A stretch of DNA of 64,000 nucleotides, taken from contig NZ_BAABFP010000004.1 in assembly GCF_039541115.1 (NCBI RefSeq), positions 434,001 to 498,000 of the forward strand, given 5' to 3'. The DNA comes from Angustibacter luteus (GTDB lineage: Bacteria; Actinomycetota; Actinomycetes; Actinomycetales; Angustibacteraceae). The notes under the pieces were generated by a model, which was not told the DNA's origin, ran no database searches, and was given only the letters and a program-made list of their open reading frames with translations. The translations under genes were made by a program, and so were the position numbers. This document shows, in pieces, positions 50,150 to 58,062 of the stretch (position 1 is the stretch's first letter; every line of letters begins with the position of its first letter).

Positions 50150-51064
50150 TCACCAGCGCCGACGTCCGATCTGCGGCTCGAGGCCCAGCAACTGGCCCAC
50201 GGCGTGCTCCAGCGCGAGCGACGGACCCCACACGTGGCCCCGGTGGAAGCCGACGACCTCCCAGCCGAACCCGGCCCGCAGGTGGTCGCGGCGGCGAGCG
50301 TCGGCCAGCTGCTCTGCCGGTGACCCGTGGTGCTCGTCCCCGTCGTACTCGACGCCCCGCCTGGCGTCCTCGAAGCCGAGGTCCAAGCGATAGAGCACGT
50401 GGTTCCGGGCGTTCCGGATGGGGATCTGCGCCGTCGGTCGCGGGAAGCCGGCGTCGTGCAGTCGCAGTCGCAGCCACGACTCCCCGAAGGACTCCGTGAG
50501 CGGTTCGACCAGGCCGAGCAGCTCACGACCCTGGGCGACGCCGCGGTGGCCGGCGAACCGTTCGATCTCGCTCAGCGCTCGTGGCGCGTCGACGAGCCCG
50601 CGGCTCGCCAGTCCGTCGAGAGCCGCCAGCGCCATGGGCCGCGGGAGCAGCCGGGCCAGGTCCAGGGTGGTTCGCAAGGTCGACGTCCGAAGTAGTCCGT
50701 GCGACTCGACGACGTCGCCAGAACCCATCGGAGCGGTGTAGCACCGGATGCCCGGCCGCCGGACCGGCGTGCGCCCGGCCGGCAGGACGCACTCGATGGT
50801 CGGCAGGCTGCGTTCTGAGCCGGGAAGGCGCAGGTCGCCGATGCCGCCGAGCCAGGCGACGGTGCCGCGGCAGAGCACAGCGTCGGCGGGCAGGAGGAGC
50901 GCGGCCGCCTGGGCTCGCAGCGCCAGGGTGTCGGCGGCAGCGACGTCGACGTAGACCCCCCGAAGCATCTCGCGGGCGCGACCGGCCGCGACCAGTCGGT
51001 ACGCCCGCCGTCCGGTGAGGTCCCGGGCAGCGCGTGCGGTGAAGGGTCGGCCGTCATTGAGCAT
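50150..51064 (-). CDS. AbiEi-like/DUF559 (Vsr-like) nuclease-domain protein
   Basis: TS.LRT.LDLAR; ES.GESWLR; RLDLGF..GVEYDGDEHH..D.RR..GWEV. Confidence 0.75.
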   Translation of the reverse strand: MLNDGRPFTARAARDLTGRRAYRLVAAGRAREMLRGVYVDVAAADTLALRAQAAALLLPADAVLCRGTVAWLGGIGDLRLPGSERSLPTIECVLPAGRTPVRRPGIRCYTAPMGSGDVVESHGLLRTSTLRTTLDLARLLPRPMALAALDGLASRGLVDAPRALSEIERFAGHRGVAQGRELLGLVEPLTESFGESWLRLRLHDAGFPRPTAQIPIRNARNHVLYRLDLGFEDARRGVEYDGDEHHGSPAEQLADARRRDHLRAGFGWEVVGFHRGHVWGPSLALEHAVGQLLGLEPQIGRRRW

Positions 51065-51116
51065 CCGGACAGGATGGGACGTCGGAGCGTCCAGGCGCTG
51101 TGGTCATCCACAGGCG

Positions 51117-51204
51117 GGGCGAACGTGCATGATCACGGCGGGGGGGGCGGGGCGAACGTGCATGATCACGGCGGGGGGGGGGTGGGGCGAACGTGCATGA
51201 TCAC
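51117..51204 (-). repeat. 3 inverted copies of the same 20-bp repeat
   Basis: GGGCGAACGTGCATGATCAC at 51117, 51150 and 51185 with G-rich linkers. Confidence 0.97.
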
Positions 51205-52214
51205 CGGGGGGTTTCGTCGGCGACCATCTGGCGCACGATCTTGCGCACCTGCAGCGCGGCAGCGTCGGCGCTGACGCTCACCGTGGGTCGCGGTCCGTCC
51301 CTGTCGAGCACGGCCTGCATGGTCTCCAGGATCGCCTGCACGCGCCGGTAGTACTGCTCGAACATCGGCCGCAGGGTCTGCTCCGCGTCCGGTTGGAGCG
51401 CGAAGTCCCGGCTGACCCGCCACAGGTGGCGCGTGTGGGTGGCGTCGATCGGCGTGAGGGCGTGGGTGAACCGGAAGGTGCAGGCGGGACCACCGCCGTC
51501 CTCGCCGGCCTCCCACCCGTCCACCCAGAGACCCGGAGTGACGAACTGCCCGAGCTCCCGCTGCCGGAACAGCGTGCCCGCCGGACGTCCCACCAGCTCG
51601 CTGTGCCAGGCGGTGAGCTCGGCCGGCGGGTAGTCGCGGGAGAACGACACACTCGTCTCGCTGACCTCGACGTCGAGCCGGGGCGGCGCTGAACGCAGGA
51701 CCGGCGGGGCGAAGTCGGGGTCGACCACCGTGATGTGGCTGATGTCGGCGAAGTTCTCCTGCAGCAGGTCGATGGCCGCGTGGGTCTCCCACTGCGAGCC
51801 GAAGCTCGCCCAGGCCGGGTCGGCAAGCCACGGCACGGACGGCGCGGTGCGCAGTGAGGCTCGCGCCGGGTCGCCGAGCCACGCCCAGACGAAGGTGCCG
51901 TCGTCGTGCACCGGGAACGCCCGTACCCGCGCGCCGACCGGGATGCGGTCCTGGGTGGGCACTCGCACGCACGCCCCGGACGCGTCGTACGCGAAGCCCG
52001 TGTAGCCGGACACGATGGTGTCGCCGTCGACCCGGCCCAGGCTCAGCGGGTAGGGCCGGTGCGCGCAGCGGTCCTCCAGGGCGACGGCGCGCCCGTCGGA
52101 GACCCGGAAGAGGACGACGGCCTGGTCGACCGCGCGCCGACCGAGCGGAGTGCCGGTGACCTCGTCGGACGTCGCCGCGACGTACCAGCAGTTGCGGGGG
52201 TAGCTGCGGGACAT
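51201..52214 (-). CDS. VanA-like Rieske oxygenase subunit with degenerate metal ligands
   Basis: YPRNCWYVAA, LEDRCAHR..PLS, THALTP VanA-like motifs. Confidence 0.85.
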   Translation of the reverse strand: MSRSYPRNCWYVAATSDEVTGTPLGRRAVDQAVVLFRVSDGRAVALEDRCAHRPYPLSLGRVDGDTIVSGYTGFAYDASGACVRVPTQDRIPVGARVRAFPVHDDGTFVWAWLGDPARASLRTAPSVPWLADPAWASFGSQWETHAAIDLLQENFADISHITVVDPDFAPPVLRSAPPRLDVEVSETSVSFSRDYPPAELTAWHSELVGRPAGTLFRQRELGQFVTPGLWVDGWEAGEDGGGPACTFRFTHALTPIDATHTRHLWRVSRDFALQPDAEQTLRPMFEQYYRRVQAILETMQAVLDRDGPRPTVSVSADAAALQVRKIVRQMVADETPR

Positions 52215-52241
52215 GGCGCTCCTGGGTCAGCGGACGGCAGA

Positions 52242-53216
52242 TCAGAGGTCGAGGGTCAGTCGGGCGGAATGGCACCGCGAGACACAGATCATCATGAACT
52301 CGTTCGAGGCCTTCTCGTCGTCGTTGAGCACCGAGTCGCGGTGGTCGACGTCGCCGTCCACGACCTCGGTCTCGCAGGTGCCGCAGACGCCCTCCAGGCA
52401 CGACCCGAGCACGTTGGCGCCGGCCTCCTTGGCGACCTGGAAGACCGACTTGTCCGGCGGCACCTGCAGGGTCAGCCCGGACCGCTGGAGAACCAGCTCG
52501 AACGAGGAGTCCTCACCGGTCGCGCCTGGGTCGGATGCCTTGGGCGAGAAGCGTTCCAGGTGCAGGGAGCCCGGCGGCCACACCGTGCACCGCTCCTCGA
52601 CGGCGGCCAGCAGTCCCTCCGGCCCGCAGCAGTAGACGACGGTGTCCGGGCGCGGCGTACCCAGCCACTCGTCCAGGTCGAGGAAGCCGGTCTCGTCCTG
52701 CGGGGCCAGGGTGACGTGGTCGCCGTACGCCTCCAGCTCGCTCAGGAACGCCATCGACGCGCGCTCGCGACCGCCGTACAGCAGGGACCACTGGGCACCG
52801 GCGGCGTGCACCTCGGCGATCATCGGCAACAGCGGCGTGATGCCGATCCCGCCGGCCACGAACAGGTACGCCGGGGAGGCCACCAGCGGGAAGTGGTTGC
52901 GCGGCCCGCGCACCCGGACCGTCCGTCCGGGCGCCAGCTGCTCGTGCACGTACGTCGACCCGCCGCGGCTGGCCGGTGCCCGCAGGACGCCGACCCGCCA
53001 GCTCGCTGCGTCGATCGGGTTGCCGCACAAGGAGTACTGCCGGGTGAGGTCGTCGTCGAGCAGCAGGTCGATGTGCGCCCCCGGCGTCCAGGCTGGCAGC
53101 GCCTCGCCACGCGTCGCCGTCAGCGTCAGCGACACCACGTCGGCGGCCACCACCTCGGCATCGCGCACGATCAGGTCGGCCTCGAACTCCTTGAGGGTCG
53201 TCCTGGTCTCGGTCAT
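52242..53216 (-). CDS. PDR/VanB family FMN-[2Fe-2S] reductase
   Basis: RQYSLC, SRGGS, AGGIGITP, CCGP, SCLEGVCGTC..CVS. Confidence 0.93.
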   Translation of the reverse strand: MTETRTTLKEFEADLIVRDAEVVAADVVSLTLTATRGEALPAWTPGAHIDLLLDDDLTRQYSLCGNPIDAASWRVGVLRAPASRGGSTYVHEQLAPGRTVRVRGPRNHFPLVASPAYLFVAGGIGITPLLPMIAEVHAAGAQWSLLYGGRERASMAFLSELEAYGDHVTLAPQDETGFLDLDEWLGTPRPDTVVYCCGPEGLLAAVEERCTVWPPGSLHLERFSPKASDPGATGEDSSFELVLQRSGLTLQVPPDKSVFQVAKEAGANVLGSCLEGVCGTCETEVVDGDVDHRDSVLNDDEKASNEFMMICVSRCHSARLTLDL

Positions 53217-53244
53217 CGAGGCACTCCGTCCGGCCAGCCAATTC

Positions 53245-53262
53245 TCGTTCGGATCCGAACGA
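53245..53262. promoter_or_regulatory. Perfect 18-bp palindromic operator TCGTTCGGATCCGAACGA
   Basis: Upstream of the reductase; near-copies at 47236, 47330, 55475, 55489 and 57355. Confidence 0.75.
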
Positions 53263-53312
53263 TATCGAGCAGACGGCCTGCACGCAAGGCCCGGCAGGCG
53301 GTTCCGGCGGGG

Positions 53313-53876
53313 TCAGCCGGCGTCGGCGCTGCCGCCGACGGAGGTCGCGGCGACCGGCACGGGCGGAGCACCGGCCGGGTCGATCTCCTCCAGCCGCAGC
53401 ACGACCTTGCGCAACGCGCGGGCCATGACCTTGAGCTCGTTGGCGGACAGGCCCGACGTCACGAACGCCTCCTGCTCGTTGAAGGCGGGGAACAGCTCCT
53501 CCATCAGCCGCCGCCCCCGCGGGGTCAGCGAGAGCAGGACCCGCCGGGCGTCGTCCGGGTGCACCCGGCGCTTGAGCAGCCCGCGCTTCTCGAGCGTGGT
53601 CGAGACGCCGGTCAGGGTGCCCTTGGAGATGCCGGCCTCGGCGGCCACGTGCCGGGTCTCGACGTCCTTCCAGACCCACACGACCCACAGCACGACCCAG
53701 CCCGTCCAGGTCAGGTCGTGCGGGGCCAGGACCGTGCGCTCCAGGTGGTTGCGCACGGCCCCGGCCGCTCGGTAGATGTTCCCGACCCCGGCCATCGCGG
53801 CCATGTCGATCGGCAGACTTCCCAGCTGCTCCTCGATCGCGCGCTCGGTCTCATGGAGGGTGTGCTGTCCGGCCAT
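53313..53876 (-). CDS. MarR family transcriptional regulator
   Basis: ISKGTLTGVSTTLEKRGL, DARRVLLSLTPRG. Confidence 0.9.
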   Translation of the reverse strand: MAGQHTLHETERAIEEQLGSLPIDMAAMAGVGNIYRAAGAVRNHLERTVLAPHDLTWTGWVVLWVVWVWKDVETRHVAAEAGISKGTLTGVSTTLEKRGLLKRRVHPDDARRVLLSLTPRGRRLMEELFPAFNEQEAFVTSGLSANELKVMARALRKVVLRLEEIDPAGAPPVPVAATSVGGSADAG

Positions 53877-53926
53877 GGCCACATCCTCCCCGAACCGCGG
53901 GTCCGGCGCTGGGGCGGGCATCCCCG

Positions 53927-55414
53927 CTACAGCCGGACCGGGCCCTGCTCGGACTCGGTCAGCTCCCCGAACTGGGTGCTGGCCGGGGCTCGTCCGGGCA
54001 TCACCCACGTCAGCGCGAGGCCGACGACGAACACGCCGAGTGCGGCATAGGGCGCGTAGATCGTCGGTGCCGTGACCTTGTAGACCGAGCCGAACATCGC
54101 GGCCAGGGTGATCACGATGCCCACGACCGCCGCGAGGTACAGCAGCGCCCGCTTGGGCGTGTCGGACAGGCCGCGCAGGGCGCCGATCGACATCAGGAAG
54201 TAGATCGTGGCCAGCGCGAACCCACCGAAGGTGGAGGCCCAGTAGAAGATCGACGCGTAGTGCGGGGTCTCGGGGAGGGCGAACAGGGCGGTCCAGAACT
54301 TCGTCACCAGGATGACCAGCAGGCCGAAGGCCAGGACGAAGGTGCTGGCCACCAACGGCGTGCCGCGGCCAGACACCTTGCCCAGCACGCTCGGCAGCCG
54401 GCGGTCGCGACCCATGGCGAAGAAGCCGCGCGAGGCGGCGACGGCCGTCCCGATGAGCACGGCGAGCATGTCGAGGACGACGACGAGCTCCATCAGGCGG
54501 CGCAGGGCCACCGAGCCGTAGCCGCCCTCCGCGGCCGGGCCGGCGAGCCCGAACAGCGGCGCGCCCGCGTTCTTGCCCAGTGCCTCGAGGTCGAAGTGGT
54601 AGCCGGCCACCGTGGCGTACGAGCCGATCACGTAGAACCCGGCGACCGCCATCACGGAGAACAGCACGGCCCGCGGGATGTCGCGCTTCGGGTGCTCGGT
54701 CTCCTCGGCGAGGTTCGCGGACGTCTCGAACCCGGTGAACAGCAGCACGCCGTAGAGCACGCCGAACAGGATGCCGTTCCAGCCCTGCGGGGACGAGCTG
54801 GGCTTGAAGGCGGTGGCCACGCTGTTGTCGCTACCGACCTTGATGATCACGTAGATGAAGAAGATCAGGACGACGGTGATCGACACCAGCGCCAGGGTGA
54901 GCTGGGCGCGGGTCGACAGGGCCACGCCGAGGTAGAGCACCCCGGCCAGGATGGCGAGCAGCAGCAGGTCCCAGACCGTCTCCGGCAGGTAGGAGTGCCC
55001 GAACTCGGCGAGCAGCGTGTCGTGGATCGTGCCGCCGATGAGCACCAGGAGGCCGGTGCTCAGCACGAGGATGCCGCAGTAGTAGAGCAGTCCGGACGCG
55101 ACGCCGAGGCGTCCCCCGAGACCGTCGGTCACGTAGTCGTAGAGCGATCCGGCCGCCTGGATCTTGCGGGTGTACTGCGCCACGATCCAGCCGAGCGCGA
55201 GCACGCCCACGGCGGCGATCAGCACGGAGAGCGGGGCGGCGTTGCCGCCGCCCTTGCCGGTCGCCGAGATGATGCCCACCAACAGGGGCACCAGGAACGC
55301 GATCGAGAAGACCGGTCCCATGAACCCGATCGACTGGGCGACCGCGTCGATGATGGTCAGCTTGCGGCCGCTGCCCCCCAACCGCTGGTAGTCGCCGTGA
55401 TCCTCTTGCGCCAT
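53927..55414 (-). CDS. APC family amino acid/amine permease
   Basis: AGSLYDY, FTGFETSANLAEE..PKRDIPRA; about 12 TM segments; GAGGAG RBS. Confidence 0.9.
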   Translation of the reverse strand: MAQEDHGDYQRLGGSGRKLTIIDAVAQSIGFMGPVFSIAFLVPLLVGIISATGKGGGNAAPLSVLIAAVGVLALGWIVAQYTRKIQAAGSLYDYVTDGLGGRLGVASGLLYYCGILVLSTGLLVLIGGTIHDTLLAEFGHSYLPETVWDLLLLAILAGVLYLGVALSTRAQLTLALVSITVVLIFFIYVIIKVGSDNSVATAFKPSSSPQGWNGILFGVLYGVLLFTGFETSANLAEETEHPKRDIPRAVLFSVMAVAGFYVIGSYATVAGYHFDLEALGKNAGAPLFGLAGPAAEGGYGSVALRRLMELVVVLDMLAVLIGTAVAASRGFFAMGRDRRLPSVLGKVSGRGTPLVASTFVLAFGLLVILVTKFWTALFALPETPHYASIFYWASTFGGFALATIYFLMSIGALRGLSDTPKRALLYLAAVVGIVITLAAMFGSVYKVTAPTIYAPYAALGVFVVGLALTWVMPGRAPASTQFGELTESEQGPVRL

Positions 55415-55559
55415 CGTCTGCTCCTCGCAGGTCGTGAGGTCGTGACCGAGCTGTCCGTTCGGTCGCGTTCGCGCACGTTCGGGTCTAAACGTTTGAGGCC
55501 GAACGACATGCAGGCTAGCGGCCGGGCGGCCGTTCGTCACGGGGTTGACGGAGGATTTC

Positions 55560-56408
55560 TCAGCCGTCGCGAGCGGACAGCCGGAAGTCGAAGGCCACCG
55601 TGCCGGCGTCCACCAGCGTGGTGCCGCCGTCCACGGTGAGCACCGCGCCGTTCACGTAGGACGCCTGCGGGCCCAGCAGCCACAGCACGGCCGCGGCCAC
55701 CTCCGCGGGGAGGGCCGGACGTCGTTGCGGCACGAGCGTCGTCACCTGCTCGTACGCCGCCGCCCGATCCAGGCCGGCGCCCTCGCCGAACTCCCGCATC
55801 TCCTCGTCCGCCATCTCGGTGCGCACCCAGCCGGGGCAGACCACGTTGGCCCGCACGCCCACCGGCCCGAAGTCGACGGCGATGCTCTGCACCAGCATGG
55901 TGAGGGCGGCCTTCGAGGTGGCATAGGCCGCGGCGCCGGCGGAGGCCCGTAGCGCCGCGATCGACGAGACGCCGACCAGTGAACCGCCGACGTCCCGCAG
56001 GTGCGGCAGGGCGGCCCGTGCGAGCAGGTACGCCGAGGTGAGGTTGCCGCGGATCACCTCGTCCCACTCGGCCGGCCCGGTGTCCAGGATCGTGCCGGAC
56101 CGCATGACGCCGGCGTTCAGCACCACGTGGTCGAGCCGGCCGTACCGGACGACGACGTCCGCGACCAGCCGCTCGACGTCCCCGGGAACGCTCACGTCCG
56201 CCACGACGGGGACCACCTCGCCGGGCAGACCCGCCGTCCGTGCCTGGGCCGCAACGACGTCCAGCGGCTGGGCGCGACGTCCGCAGACGACCACCCGGTG
56301 CCCGAGCGCAGCGGCGGCGGTGGCGACGGCGGCGCCGATCCCCGTCCCGGCACCGCTGACGAGCGTCACGGGAGCTGCCGTGCCACCGTTCCCGCTGGGC
56401 GCGCTCAC
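55560..56408 (-). CDS. SDR family oxidoreductase
   Basis: SGAGTGIG, LNAG, YATSK, VCPGWVRT. Confidence 0.92.
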   Translation of the reverse strand: MSAPSGNGGTAAPVTLVSGAGTGIGAAVATAAAALGHRVVVCGRRAQPLDVVAAQARTAGLPGEVVPVVADVSVPGDVERLVADVVVRYGRLDHVVLNAGVMRSGTILDTGPAEWDEVIRGNLTSAYLLARAALPHLRDVGGSLVGVSSIAALRASAGAAAYATSKAALTMLVQSIAVDFGPVGVRANVVCPGWVRTEMADEEMREFGEGAGLDRAAAYEQVTTLVPQRRPALPAEVAAAVLWLLGPQASYVNGAVLTVDGGTTLVDAGTVAFDFRLSARDG

Positions 56409-57340
56409 GACGAGATCACCTCCACCTTGCGGACGAGCTCACGGCAGAACGGACCCAGCTCGTCAGGGTCGTCGATGAACATCGACGGCTTGAAGCAGAT
56501 GGTCGTGTAGCCCTGGGCCAGCTGGGCCGGCAGCGACTCGAGCGCCTGGTCGAGGTCGGCCGTGCCGTCGGGGGAGTCGAACCGGCCACGGATGCCGCCG
56601 ACGAGCTCCAGCTCGCCCGGGTCACGCCCGGCCGCCGTCATGGCGAGCCCGACCTTCTCGAGGTCGTCCTGCGTCAGCGGACCGAACGGGTTCACCCCGT
56701 GGCCGTACCGCACGATCCGGCGCAGCAGCGCCGGGTGCATGCCCTGGCCTCCGAACCACATCGTCGGGCCCTGTGGCCGCCACGGCCGCGGCTCGAGCCA
56801 CACGTCGTCGAAGTCGAAGTACTCGCCGTGGTGGGTGGCCGGCCCTGGCGACCACGCGGCCCGCAGGGCTGCGAGCTGCTCGTCCAGGATCCGGCCCCGC
56901 TGGTCGAACGGGACGCCGAGAGCGGCGTACTCGTCCCGGTGCCAGCTGACGGTCGGCAGGACGACGAGCCGACCCTCGGACAGCACGTCGAGCGTCGCCA
57001 GCTCGTTGGCCAGCAGCAGCGGGTGGCGCAGCGGAGCGATGACGGCACCGGCGACCAACCGCAGTGCGGTCGTCGCCTGGGCGATGGCGCCGAGCAGCAC
57101 CAGCGAGCTCGGCCAGGGGGTCGCCGGGTCCTGGTTGCCGGGCGCGGCGTACTCGCGGGGGTTGCCCATCACGCCGTTCTCGCCGGCCGAGCGGCCGAGC
57201 ACGACGTGCTCGCTGAGCATGACGCCGTCGATCCCGGCCTGCTCGGCGTCAGCCGCCATCTGCACGAGTCGCCGCAGGTCGCGTGGGCCGACCATCGTCC
57301 AGTTCTCGGACAGGACGAGCAACAGCCTGGGGGTCGGCAC
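56405..57340 (-). CDS. LLM-class flavin/F420-dependent oxidoreductase
   Basis: SEHVV, PLRHPLLLA.ELATLD.LSEGRL. Confidence 0.88.
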   Translation of the reverse strand: MPTPRLLLVLSENWTMVGPRDLRRLVQMAADAEQAGIDGVMLSEHVVLGRSAGENGVMGNPREYAAPGNQDPATPWPSSLVLLGAIAQATTALRLVAGAVIAPLRHPLLLANELATLDVLSEGRLVVLPTVSWHRDEYAALGVPFDQRGRILDEQLAALRAAWSPGPATHHGEYFDFDDVWLEPRPWRPQGPTMWFGGQGMHPALLRRIVRYGHGVNPFGPLTQDDLEKVGLAMTAAGRDPGELELVGGIRGRFDSPDGTADLDQALESLPAQLAQGYTTICFKPSMFIDDPDELGPFCRELVRKVEVISS

Positions 57341-57420
57341 CGGCGCACCTCACTTCGTTCGGGAGCGAACGATAGTGTGGCACGAAGACCGGCTCGGGGG
57401 GAGGGGGCGACGCGAGGTCG

Positions 57421-58002
57421 CTAGGCGGTCGGTGCCACGGCCTGGACCTCCAGCTCGATGGTCACCTTGTCGCTGACCAGCACGCCACCGGTCTCGATCG
57501 CCTCGTTCCAGGTCAGACCCCACTGCTTGCGGCTGATCTGGGCCTTGGCGCTGAAGCCCGCGCGGACGCCGTCCCACAGGTCCGGCCCCGCACCGTTGAA
57601 CTCCAGCACGAACGTCACCGGGCGGGTCACGCCGACCAGGGCCAGCTCGCCGTCCAGCAGGAAGTCGCCGTCGTCCTCGCGCACGCCGGTCGACCGGAAG
57701 GTCATCTCCGGGTGCCGCTCGACATCGAAGAAGTCGGGCGAGCGCAGGTGCTCGTCGCGGGCCGGGTCCCGGGTCTCGACGCTCGCCGTCCGGACGCTGG
57801 CCTCGACCGAGCACTCGGCCAGCGTCGCGCCGATCGTGATCTGGCCGGTGAAGTCCGAGAACCGCCCGCGGACCTTGCTCACCATGAGGTGGCGAGCGAC
57901 GAACTCCACCTCGGAGTGCACCGGGTCGACGGTCCACACGCCGGGGAAGAGGCCGTCGATCGTGCGTCCGGACGCGGTGGTGACGTGGTCGGTGGAAGGC
58001 AT
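57421..58002 (-). CDS. YceI family protein
   Basis: WTVDPVHSEVEF..RHLMVSKVRGRF, RDEHLRSPDFFD. Confidence 0.93.
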   Translation of the reverse strand: MPSTDHVTTASGRTIDGLFPGVWTVDPVHSEVEFVARHLMVSKVRGRFSDFTGQITIGATLAECSVEASVRTASVETRDPARDEHLRSPDFFDVERHPEMTFRSTGVREDDGDFLLDGELALVGVTRPVTFVLEFNGAGPDLWDGVRAGFSAKAQISRKQWGLTWNEAIETGGVLVSDKVTIELEVQAVAPTA

Positions 58003-58062
58003 CTCAGCAGCTCGTCTCAAGGTCGGGGTCAGGGTGACGGAGGTGTGGTCCCAGGCGGTTGT

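Noticed and set aside
50030..51204. CRISPR mini-arrays around a nuclease
   Set aside because: Linkers are only 11-15 bp of low-complexity C/G runs, the arrays are inverted relative to each other, and the protein is not recognisably Cas.
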